Below, in pieces: positions 37,217 through 46,121 of a stretch of DNA of 64,000 nt (position 1 is the first letter of the stretch; the number at the start of each line of letters is the position of its first letter). The notes beneath the pieces were generated by a model, which made no database searches, was not told the DNA's origin, and saw only the letters and a program-made list of their open reading frames with translations. This DNA comes from an uncultured delta proteobacterium (GTDB lineage: Bacteria > Desulfobacterota > RBG-13-43-22): the NCBI GenBank assembly GCA_963790475.1, contig CAWBOS010000001.1:32001-96000 (forward strand), in the 5' to 3' direction. A program made the translations under genes and the position numbers.

Positions 37217-39610
37217 ATGACTTCTGAACAGGTATTAAAGAGAACGCTTCGGCTGAAAAATAATCTTCTGTCCAGCCGATATGAAATATGCATCGAACGG
37301 ATGAAGTTTTTCACCGAGGCCTATCAGAATCATCCCGGGGATCCTCCGGTCCTGAAGCGGGCCAAGGCCGTGGCCCATACGCTGCAGAACATGACCATCT
37401 TCATCCGGGAGGATGAGTTGCTGGTTGGGAACGAAACCAGCAAGAACCTGGGGGAAAAGATCAATCTAGATCTGAACCGCTTCAATGGTATTGATAAAAA
37501 AAGCACCTTTGAAGATCTGGCCACCCGAAACCCTCAACCCTTTTTTATCAGCGAAAACGACATTGACGAACTCATGGCCCTGACCCCCTATTGGCAGGGA
37601 AAGTCCCTGGTTGGCGACATCATCCTGCCGAAGTTGCTGAGTAAAAATCTGATTCCGTCCCAGGGCGGCTTCGCCTCGGCGAAGCCCAACATCGCCATCC
37701 TGATCGGTACCACCGAAGGGCACCTGTCGGCCGGCTATGAAAAGCTTTTAAGGCTTGGATATAAAGGAATCATCCGGGAGGCCGACCGCTTTCAAAAAGG
37801 CTTGTCCAAAGACGACCTCGAATTTGAGGAAAAATCGAATTTCTATGAGGCGGTCAAAATTTACTACACCGCCGCCATTGATTTTTCGCAGCGTTTTTCG
37901 GATCTGGCTCTTGATCTGGCAAGCCGGAGGCAGAGAGAAGAGAGGCAAAAGGAGCTGACAGCCGTCGGGGAGATGATGCATAAATTTACGGCTCAACCCC
38001 CGGACACCTTTTATGAGGCGGTTCAATTCCTATGGTTCTCCCAGAATATCGCCAATATCATCTATCAGCGGAGCGTTCTCGCGCCGGGCCGGCTGGACCA
38101 GATCCTCTGGCCCTATTATGAAAGGGACAGGCAGGCGGGTAAGATCACCCGGGAGTTCGCCCTGGAACTGATCGAGGAATTAAACCTCAAGCTCACCTGG
38201 AACGTCCAATTGATTTCCAGGGAGGCGACCATGATCGCCAATGCCCTGGGCCAGAATACCCAGGCGATCACCATCGGGGGGGTAAAAGCAGATGGAACCG
38301 ACGCCAGCAATGAATTGTCCTATCTATTTCTTGAGGCCTATAAAAATATAAAGGCACTGACCACGGATCTGTCCGTGCGCCTTCATCGGAATACGCCCCG
38401 TGAATTTTTTCTGGAGGCTCTATCCGTTTTCAAATCCACATCCGGCATCGCTTTTTATAATGATGACGTGATTGTCCCGGCCCTGGAGAAGGCCGGCTAC
38501 ACCGCCGAAGACGCCTTGGATTATGTGATTATCGGCTGTGTGGAACCGACCGGCCAGGGAAACAGCTTTGCCGCCACCGGGCGGATGTTCCTGAATCTGC
38601 CGGGGGTCCTGGAATTAACACTGAATAACGGATCTTCCGGAATGTCCGGCCAGGTCGATGGGTTCGAAACCGGAGATCCGGCCGGGTTTCTAACTTTTGA
38701 CGATCTATACCGGGCCTTTGTCCGGCAGCTGGCCTTTAACATCGAAAGATCGGTGCAAATAGCGGAAGTGGGGGACCGGGAAACGATGACCTGGTTCCAG
38801 CATCCCTTTGTTTCGGCCATGGTGGAGGGATGCCTGGAAAAGGGAAAGGACTATGTCACCGGAGGCGCGAAATACAACCTGTCCTCGATCACCGGGTATG
38901 GTTTCGGCACCCTGGTGGATTCGCTTCACCACCTTAAAAAGGTGGTCTATGATGAAAAAATACTCTCGCTGCCGGAATTTATCAAAGTATTAAACTCCGA
39001 TTTTAGCGGACAGGAAAGATTAAGACAGAAACTCATTACACAATACGACACCTGGGGAAATAACCAGGCGGAAATCGACGACCTGGCCTGTCAGTTGTGG
39101 GATCTATTCACGCGGGAAGTCGCCAAGCACACGCCCCTGCGGGGTGGAAGATACAGCGCCGGGGCCTATTCCATGGGGTTTCACGTCCTGGAAGGGTTTG
39201 TCACCCGGGCGACCGCGGACGGCAGAAAAGCCCTGGAACCGATCTCCAACAGCCTTTCTCCGGTCAATGGGGCGGTAAAAAGCGGGATCACGGCTGTTTT
39301 AAACTCGGTGGCAAAATTGAACTACCAATATGCCGCCAACGGGGTCGCCGTCAATGTCCGAATCCATCCCCAGAACCTGGCCAAGGAAGAAAATCTGGAA
39401 AAATTTTACTGGCTTCTAAAAACCTATTTTCAAAACGGCGGTATGCAGATCCAACCCACCGTGGTGTCCACCGAGACGCTTCGGGAGGCTCAGAAAAATC
39501 CGGAAAAATATAAAGATCTGATCGTAAAGGTAGGGGGGTACAACGCCACCTATATAGATCTGGGGACTCCCATACAGAATGAAATTATCAGCCGATTGGA
39601 AAACCGGTAG
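37217..39610 (+). CDS. Glycyl radical enzyme (PFL2/eliminase-like), substrate unknown
   Basis: EDELLVG, PGRLDQ, Cys loop IIGCVEP, ATADGR, AQKNPEKYKDLIVKVGGYN Gly loop. Confidence 0.93.
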   Translation: MTSEQVLKRTLRLKNNLLSSRYEICIERMKFFTEAYQNHPGDPPVLKRAKAVAHTLQNMTIFIREDELLVGNETSKNLGEKINLDLNRFNGIDKKSTFEDLATRNPQPFFISENDIDELMALTPYWQGKSLVGDIILPKLLSKNLIPSQGGFASAKPNIAILIGTTEGHLSAGYEKLLRLGYKGIIREADRFQKGLSKDDLEFEEKSNFYEAVKIYYTAAIDFSQRFSDLALDLASRRQREERQKELTAVGEMMHKFTAQPPDTFYEAVQFLWFSQNIANIIYQRSVLAPGRLDQILWPYYERDRQAGKITREFALELIEELNLKLTWNVQLISREATMIANALGQNTQAITIGGVKADGTDASNELSYLFLEAYKNIKALTTDLSVRLHRNTPREFFLEALSVFKSTSGIAFYNDDVIVPALEKAGYTAEDALDYVIIGCVEPTGQGNSFAATGRMFLNLPGVLELTLNNGSSGMSGQVDGFETGDPAGFLTFDDLYRAFVRQLAFNIERSVQIAEVGDRETMTWFQHPFVSAMVEGCLEKGKDYVTGGAKYNLSSITGYGFGTLVDSLHHLKKVVYDEKILSLPEFIKVLNSDFSGQERLRQKLITQYDTWGNNQAEIDDLACQLWDLFTREVAKHTPLRGGRYSAGAYSMGFHVLEGFVTRATADGRKALEPISNSLSPVNGAVKSGITAVLNSVAKLNYQYAANGVAVNVRIHPQNLAKEENLEKFYWLLKTYFQNGGMQIQPTVVSTETLREAQKNPEKYKDLIVKVGGYNATYIDLGTPIQNEIISRLENR

Positions 39611-39652
39611 TGCGGGCCCTCTTAGGGCCTGGCCTTTATCCCTGAGCATTTT

Positions 39653-39694
39653 AATCCTAGCCAATTGTTTAATGATCAAGGAGGTAGAAAATGT
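39653..39694 (+). repeat. 42-bp direct repeat of the kinase RBS/start region (other copy 41250-41291)
   Basis: 38/42 identical by hand alignment, including GATCAAGGAGGTAGAAAATGT. Confidence 0.85.
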
Positions 39695-39808
39695 CTTTTT
39701 CTTGCCTTATACTCTTCCCGTCTGAAGAAATTTCTTGTCAAAGACTGAATTTTTCAAGTTCGGGCAGTTTTCAGAAAGGAGCTGTCGCCGAATATTAACC
39801 TCCATCGA

Positions 39809-41101
39809 GTGGAGACCATGCTTTTCGATAAAAATTTCAACGAAGGTATTTGGCATCTGACCATAACCGTTGCCGCGGTTATCTCTGCTATTTATATACC
39901 CTTGCAATTGGTTTTTCAGTTGAACGACCTCCGGCTGTTCAGAATTTTCGAAACCATGGTCACCCTGCTCTTTTTGATTGATTTGGTTTATTATCAGGTT
40001 TCCCTGCACAGGATCGGGGATAAAACCCTTCCCCACCACCGGGAAATTCCTTTCAAGCATCGTCTATTTTGGTTCAGCGCCGATCTTCTGGCGGCCTTCC
40101 CCTTCGCTTTGGTCCAGGCTTCCCCTTATTTATCCATCCTGCGGATTCTGAAGCTGCTGCGGGTCGCCCAGTATATGCATGCCTGGCGGCAAAAGGTTTT
40201 AAAATACAATGAATATCTCAAACTGACTTTCTTTGTTTTCTGGCTGCTTATTTTTGCCCACTGGCTGGCCTGCGGCTGGCTGGCCATCACTGTAGGAGAA
40301 TATACCGGGGATGATTTAACCCAGTATCTTTCCGGCTTTCACTGGGTCATTGAAACCCTGACCACCGTTGGTTACGGTGAAACGGTTTCCACTACTAATA
40401 TTCAAAGGATATACGCCATCTTTGTCATGCTTGCCGGAGTAGGAGTTTATGGATATGTCATCGGCAACGTGGCCAGTATCCTGGCTAAGAGAGATCCTGC
40501 CAAAAGTCAATACTTCAGTAACCTCGACCAGCTGAACGCCTTCGTCCAATACCGGGAAATTCCAGGGGACCTTCAAAAAAGGATTAGAGACTATTACGCC
40601 TATATCTGGAAAAAACGCTTGGGCTTCGATGAAACGACTTTTTTGACGGCCCTTCCCCAGGGACTTCGCACGGAAGTTGAGATGCACTTAAAATTGGAGA
40701 TTCTGGACAAGATCCCTTTGTTTGAAGGACTGGACAGTGTTTTTATCGAAGAGGTGGCCCTGAATTTAAAACCGGATGTCTATACACCCGGCGAATTTAT
40801 TTTTAAGGCCGGACAACAAGGCGACAAGATGTATTTTGTCATCAGAGGTAATTTGCTGGTGTTAAACAAAAACGGTTCGGTGATCAGTACCCTGAAAGAC
40901 GGTGATTTTTTTGGCGAGATCGCTCTCTTTACCAATCAGGTCCGAAGCGCCGGTGTCCAGGCTGTGACCTACTGCGATCTCTATATCCTGGAAAAAGAAG
41001 TTTTTGAATATCTCTTGGAAAAATTTCCGGACATCGGGTCCCACATAAGAGAAGTGGCTATTAAGCGGCAGGAAAAGGATGGCCGGGCCGTCCGATCTTG
41101 A
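39809..41101 (+). CDS. Cyclic-nucleotide-gated K+ channel (SthK-like)
   Basis: S4-like LRILKLLRV, HWLACGW, filter TTVGYGE, C-linker, CNBD FFGEIAL...RSA. Confidence 0.93.
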   Translation: METMLFDKNFNEGIWHLTITVAAVISAIYIPLQLVFQLNDLRLFRIFETMVTLLFLIDLVYYQVSLHRIGDKTLPHHREIPFKHRLFWFSADLLAAFPFALVQASPYLSILRILKLLRVAQYMHAWRQKVLKYNEYLKLTFFVFWLLIFAHWLACGWLAITVGEYTGDDLTQYLSGFHWVIETLTTVGYGETVSTTNIQRIYAIFVMLAGVGVYGYVIGNVASILAKRDPAKSQYFSNLDQLNAFVQYREIPGDLQKRIRDYYAYIWKKRLGFDETTFLTALPQGLRTEVEMHLKLEILDKIPLFEGLDSVFIEEVALNLKPDVYTPGEFIFKAGQQGDKMYFVIRGNLLVLNKNGSVISTLKDGDFFGEIALFTNQVRSAGVQAVTYCDLYILEKEVFEYLLEKFPDIGSHIREVAIKRQEKDGRAVRS

Positions 41102-41287
41102 AAGTCGGCATTTCCTGTTCGGCTGGGACCTTGATCATTTCATGGGGTAACTCCCAGGGGAAGCCCCTGCCTATGGAGAAAAAAGGGGGTGGTCGGAGGA
41201 GACTCCCGAATCAAAAAAGTCAGGAAAGCCTGCTGGGTCTGCCCACTAAAATCTCAGCCGATTGTTTAACGATCAAGGAGGTAGAAA

Positions 41288-42442
41288 ATGTTGCCGAATG
41301 GAATAACGGATCTAACTGCGGATTGGCTTAATGAAGCACTTCATAGGAACGGATTCTTGACCAGGGATAGAAATATTTTATCCATCGAGATCACACCCAT
41401 GGCGGTAGGAGAGGGTTTCCAAAGTGACATGGCCCGGATCATTCCCAAGTATGACGGGGAGGACCCGGCCTTGCCCTTGTCCATGGTGGCCAAGCTGCCT
41501 ACTTCCTATGAACCGGCCAATTTTGTGGCCATGTTGTTCAACACCTATGAGCGGGAGATAAGGTTCTACCAGGAAGTCGCCCCCCGCAGCCCTGTCCGAA
41601 CCCCCCGGTTGATTCTCGGGGAATTTGATGGGGAGGCAAAACGATATGTCCTTATCCTGGAAGATTGCGGTTGTTACACACAGGTCGATCAGGTCAGCGG
41701 ACTGACCGAGGAGCAATTGGGCCAGGTCATAGATAAAATCGCCGATTTCCACGCGCACTGGTGGAATTCTCCTGTCCTGGCCTCCATTCCCTGGATGCCC
41801 GGCCCCAGGTCAGCGGCGGCCTATGCCCTGGTGGACTTTTATAAGGGTTGCTGGGATACGGCGGTAACCGTACCGGAGTTTTTAGCCGCCCTGCCTCCCG
41901 GAGGAAAAGAGGCCGGTTTAAAAATTTATGAAAATTTCCTGTGGTTGGTGGAAGCCGCCCAGGACGATCACCTGACCATCACTCATTTTGATTTTCGCGG
42001 CGATAATCTGTTTTTTGACGAGAGCGATGAAAATGACCCGGTCATCGTCTTCGATTGGCAGGCCACGAGTGTCTACCGTGGCCCTTTGGACGTAGGCTAT
42101 CTCATGGGCGGGAGCATTTCTGCGGAATTGAGGCGCAAGGTGGAGAAAAAGATGCTCCAAAGATATTATCAGCGGCTCCTGGACAAAGGGGTCAAGGACT
42201 ATTCTTTTGAAGACTGCCTTTATGATTATCTCGGCGGGCTGCTGGTCTATGCCTATATTCCGGTACTGGCTTACAGCCGGCTGGATATGAGCAGCGACCG
42301 CGGCCAGGAACTGGCCCGGATGCTGACCGAACGACATTTCTCGGCCATCGTGGATCATGACGCGGCCGGTTATTTGGGAAAATCACCAGAAGAGATCGGC
42401 CCTCAGCTCAAAGCACTCGCCGAAGAATGGCGAAACGGTTGA
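41288..42442 (+). CDS. Ecdysteroid-kinase-like/APH-family phosphotransferase (DUF1679-like)
   Basis: VAKLP, REIRFY, LEDC, FHAHWW, HFDFRGDN, FDWQ. Confidence 0.85.
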   Translation: MLPNGITDLTADWLNEALHRNGFLTRDRNILSIEITPMAVGEGFQSDMARIIPKYDGEDPALPLSMVAKLPTSYEPANFVAMLFNTYEREIRFYQEVAPRSPVRTPRLILGEFDGEAKRYVLILEDCGCYTQVDQVSGLTEEQLGQVIDKIADFHAHWWNSPVLASIPWMPGPRSAAAYALVDFYKGCWDTAVTVPEFLAALPPGGKEAGLKIYENFLWLVEAAQDDHLTITHFDFRGDNLFFDESDENDPVIVFDWQATSVYRGPLDVGYLMGGSISAELRRKVEKKMLQRYYQRLLDKGVKDYSFEDCLYDYLGGLLVYAYIPVLAYSRLDMSSDRGQELARMLTERHFSAIVDHDAAGYLGKSPEEIGPQLKALAEEWRNG

Positions 42443-42538
42443 GGTGAATTGGGGCCGGGTGAGCTCTTGATCAAGGCCGAGGTCAGGTAATCGGCCGGAA
42501 ATAAGGAACAGCTCAACCTAACTTAAAGGAGATTGCGG

Positions 42539-43174
42539 ATGAACCAGCAAAAAAGTGCCATCCAATACAGGCCTCTGGGGGCGGCCGACGTGGAAACGGT
42601 TCCGCTTCTTCACCAGGGCACCGCCGAAGAGGTGCGTGCGCGAATCACCGCCATCGGTTCTTCGGCGATACTCGCCTTTGAAGAAGGGGACCATGTCGGG
42701 CAACTCCAATTCCGTCCCTATGAACCTGGGGTGGTATCCCCCAACGGACTTCACGACCCGCTATACTGGATGGATTTCGAAGATCAAGCCCCGACAATGC
42801 CGGACCGATCGCTCACGCTGTTCTGTTATCACGTAGGCCAGCATGACAACACCGACCGTCGCGACTCCCGCTATATGGGGCGGGGCATCGGTACGCGCCT
42901 GCTGGAGGAGACCATCGCCTGGGCGGAGAAGGCCGGCTTCTCGACGATCGTCGCCAAGGGCCTCAGTTCCCTCTGGCCCATACCCCAGATCATGGGGGGC
43001 ATGCCGACGGCGCTTTACCTGCGGCGACAATTCAAAATCGCCGCCAGCTATTACGATCAGCAACTGCTGAATTGGATTCCGGGAATGATCAATAAAACAG
43101 GACAAGAGGAAAACACAGGCGCAAACTATAAGGACGCCGCCCGCATAGACATTTGTGTGAGGACCCTAAGATAA
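42539..43174 (+). CDS. GNAT-family acetyltransferase
   Basis: YMGRGIGTRLL acetyl-CoA-binding motif. Confidence 0.75.
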   Translation: MNQQKSAIQYRPLGAADVETVPLLHQGTAEEVRARITAIGSSAILAFEEGDHVGQLQFRPYEPGVVSPNGLHDPLYWMDFEDQAPTMPDRSLTLFCYHVGQHDNTDRRDSRYMGRGIGTRLLEETIAWAEKAGFSTIVAKGLSSLWPIPQIMGGMPTALYLRRQFKIAASYYDQQLLNWIPGMINKTGQEENTGANYKDAARIDICVRTLR

Positions 43175-43214
43175 CACCATCCGCCACCTGCAACCAGAGA
43201 GGAGGAGCAAAATC

Positions 43215-44711
43215 ATGAGCCCTTTCCCCGAGTATGACCGTTACGACGCGCTGGCCTTGGCTGAGTTGGTGCGACAAGGACAGATAACTCCCCTGGAACT
43301 GTGCGAAGAAGCCATTAAAAGAATCGAAGGGGTCAATCCGAAAATTAATGCAGTGGTGACCCCCATGTATGAACAGGGCCGCCGGGCGGCGTCGGGATCG
43401 TTACCCGGCGGACCGTTGGCCGGAGTTCCCCTTCTCATTAAAGATCTGGGTTATGCCTACACCGGCGTCCCCATGACCTATGGGTGTAAGGCCCTAAAAG
43501 ATTATATCCCTGACCATGATGATGAAATAGTCTCACGTTTGAAAACGGCCGGGACCGTGATCATCGGCAAGACCAATACCCCGGAATTCGGTCTCCTGGG
43601 TATCACCGAACCCGAACTTTTCGGTCCCTGCCGGAACCCCTGGAACATCGCCCACACTCCGGGCGGATCCAGCGGCGGATCGGCAGCGGCAGTGGCCGCG
43701 GGCCTGGTTCCGATGGCCGCCGGGAACGATGGAGGAGGGTCTATCCGTATCCCTGCGGCCTATTGCGGTCTTTTCGGGTTAAAGCCCTCGCGCGGACGCA
43801 ATCCCACCGGTCCGGACCAGGGCCAGATGTGGTTGGGAGCGGCCCAAAACCACGTGCTCACTAGATCGGTCCGGGACAGCGCTGCCGCCTTGGACGCCAC
43901 CCAGGGCCCGGAGCCCGGTGCCCCTTATGACATTCGTCCTCCGGAAAGGTCTTATGGCCAAGAATTGGAAAAGAACCCCGGTTGTCTGAAAATCGCCTTT
44001 AACACCCAATCGCCGATTGGAACCAAAGTCCACCCGGAATGTATCCGGGCGGTGGAGGAGACCGCCCATTTATTAGAGGCATTGGGACACAACCTGGAAG
44101 AGGCCCGGCCGGATATTGACGGCCGGGGTTTGGCCAAAAGCTTCCTGGCCTTGTATTTCGGCTATGTAACGGCGCAAATGGAGGAATTGGAATCGTTATT
44201 GAAGCGAAAAGTCAAACCGGGGGACGTTGAAATCATGACCCGGACACTCGGTCTGCTGGGCCGGGCCTTTTCGGCGGGGTACCTGTATCAAGCCTTGGTC
44301 AGCTGGGACCAGGCCGCCCGACAGATGGGCCTATTCTTCCAGAACTATGACCTCTATCTCACCCCGACCACGGCCTATCCGCCGGCCAAAATCGGTGAAT
44401 TACAACCCAGGGCCTCGGAAGTCTTTATGATGAAGACGGTCAATGTTTTAAAATTGGGTGGGCTCTTAAAAGGTTTGGGCCTGGTGGACCAGATGGCCGA
44501 AAAAAGTCTGGAAAGGACACCGTTTACCCAATTGGCCAATCTTTGCGGACTGCCGGCCATGTCAGTGCCCATGCATTGGACCATGGAAGGTCTGCCTTGC
44601 GGCGTCCAGTTCATTGGGCCTTTCGGCGAGGAAGCTTTACTTTTCCGATTAGCCGCTCAATTAGAAAAGGCCCGGCCCTGGTTTGATAAACGGCCTCCTT
44701 TGACAGGTTAA
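43215..44711 (+). CDS. Amidase-signature family amidase (NylA-like)
   Basis: IKDL, GKTNTPEFG, GGSSGGSAAAVA, NDGGGSIRIPA. Confidence 0.95.
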   Translation: MSPFPEYDRYDALALAELVRQGQITPLELCEEAIKRIEGVNPKINAVVTPMYEQGRRAASGSLPGGPLAGVPLLIKDLGYAYTGVPMTYGCKALKDYIPDHDDEIVSRLKTAGTVIIGKTNTPEFGLLGITEPELFGPCRNPWNIAHTPGGSSGGSAAAVAAGLVPMAAGNDGGGSIRIPAAYCGLFGLKPSRGRNPTGPDQGQMWLGAAQNHVLTRSVRDSAAALDATQGPEPGAPYDIRPPERSYGQELEKNPGCLKIAFNTQSPIGTKVHPECIRAVEETAHLLEALGHNLEEARPDIDGRGLAKSFLALYFGYVTAQMEELESLLKRKVKPGDVEIMTRTLGLLGRAFSAGYLYQALVSWDQAARQMGLFFQNYDLYLTPTTAYPPAKIGELQPRASEVFMMKTVNVLKLGGLLKGLGLVDQMAEKSLERTPFTQLANLCGLPAMSVPMHWTMEGLPCGVQFIGPFGEEALLFRLAAQLEKARPWFDKRPPLTG

Positions 44712-44717
44712 TAATGT

Positions 44718-44859
44718 GAGACCTTTGAAACAGGTTCCCTTTTGCCCAATCTCTGCGTCAGGCTCAAATTTCAATCCTCGAAATATTACATATATTCCTC
44801 CGGTTGAAATTTTCGCCTTCCTTGACCTTGAACAAAATCGAACCTGTTTCAAAGGTCTC
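44718..44859. mobile_element. MITE with perfect 20-bp TIRs and a 5-bp target-site duplication
   Basis: GAGACCTTTGAAACAGGTTC...GAACCTGTTTCAAAGGTCTC flanked by AATGT at 44713-44717 and 44860-44864. Confidence 0.88.
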
Positions 44860-44936
44860 AATGTAATCCGGTAGGCAGCCAACGGTCAGAATAAGGATTT
44901 CCGATTCGGGCATGAATGGACCTATCGGAATCCCTC

Positions 44937-45167
44937 TTATGGGTCTTCGCTGTCCAAGATCGCCATCTGGTCAGGTAAATATCTTTGTGCGGCTACCCTC
45001 TCTCCCGGTATGGCCGCTTCTATCCCGGCAAGGTCTTCATCGGTGAGCAATAGATCGAGCCCCCCCCAGGGCTTCCTGAAGACTTTGGCGACGACGGGCA
45101 CCAACCAGGGCCACTACGTTCTCCCCCTTGGCCAGGACCCAAAGTTGCCCAGTCGACGTAATTTCAT
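44937..45167 (-). pseudogene. Internally deleted aldo/keto reductase gene
   Basis: RBS plus MKLRRLGNFG joined out of frame to WVLAKGENVVALVGARRRQSLQEALGGLDLLLTDEDLAGIEAAIP...MAILDSEDP-stop; downstream hairpin 44895-44933. Confidence 0.8.
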
Positions 45168-45265
45168 TTTTCTCTCCTTTCAAAGGTCATAGTGTGGCGA
45201 AGAAACTTTAAGCTTTGGTGATTCTTCTTAATCCGATTTTATATCAGTCTTTTCCCCTTCGAAAG

Positions 45266-45640
45266 CTAACTCTTGTCCCGGCCCTTCTTCCGGCCGGTGA
45301 TCAGAAAGACCAGGACGGAACCCACGGTTGAGAGGGCAATCAATAAATAAAGGGTCAGTAGGTTTGACCCGGCCACGACCGAGGTGGCCATCAGGGGTCC
45401 GAAACCGTTTCCGGCAAAACGCGCCGAATTGAGAAATCCGAGCCCTGTTCCCCCCAGTTCTGAAGCATAATTGGCCATGGCCGTGGGGATGACTGCGGCA
45501 ATGACCCCGGTTTGAAGCATCCTGACGGCGGTAAAGCCGATAAGGCCTCCGGACAAGTACAGCAGGAGCTGCAGAAAGGCGGAGGTCAGGCAAAGCATGG
45601 TGATCACCCCTTTCAGTTTTGCCCGGGGGGTCAGCCGGTC
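45266..45640 (-). pseudogene. C-terminal remnant of an MFS transporter gene
   Basis: About four TM helices ending GFLNSARFAGNGFGPLMAT; the N-terminal two-thirds are absent. Confidence 0.65.
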
Positions 45641-45843
45641 CGACTGCGGAAAAGGGCTACCCGGGCAGAAATGGGGATAGGCTGTCTTCTATAGTGGCGT
45701 CTCTGAAGGGCTTCGTCAAAAGAAAAACCGGAAGTACCTGATTCTCTTATCCTCATACAGAGAAAAGGGATTAAAATATCCCTGCGACGATAAAAGGGCC
45801 GCCAAAGGCCACCGCCCACCCTTTGGCCTGTCCGGTATTTCCC

Positions 45844-45873
45844 TTGACTCTCATTTCAACCCTGTTTTATACT
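45844..45873 (+). promoter_or_regulatory. Sigma70-like promoter, module A-like
   Basis: TTGACT-N18-TATACT-CTTTCC. Confidence 0.5.
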
Positions 45874-46121
45874 CTTTCCATCTAAGGGATAACTGGTTAA
45901 TCTTCCCAACACACCCCGGATGAACATGTAAAGAATCTCATTTACTCCCAATCCAGGTCTCAGAAAGGAACCGGATTTTTTTCCTTCCATGGACCAGGGC
46001 CGGAAGAAGTATTCCGAAATCAAAGGGGCTGACGACCTCGTCGCTCTGGGTCAGGCTTAAGAACGACCGAAGGTGGATCACCTCCGCTTAAGCCAATCTA
46101 CAACATGAGGAGATTGTTCTT

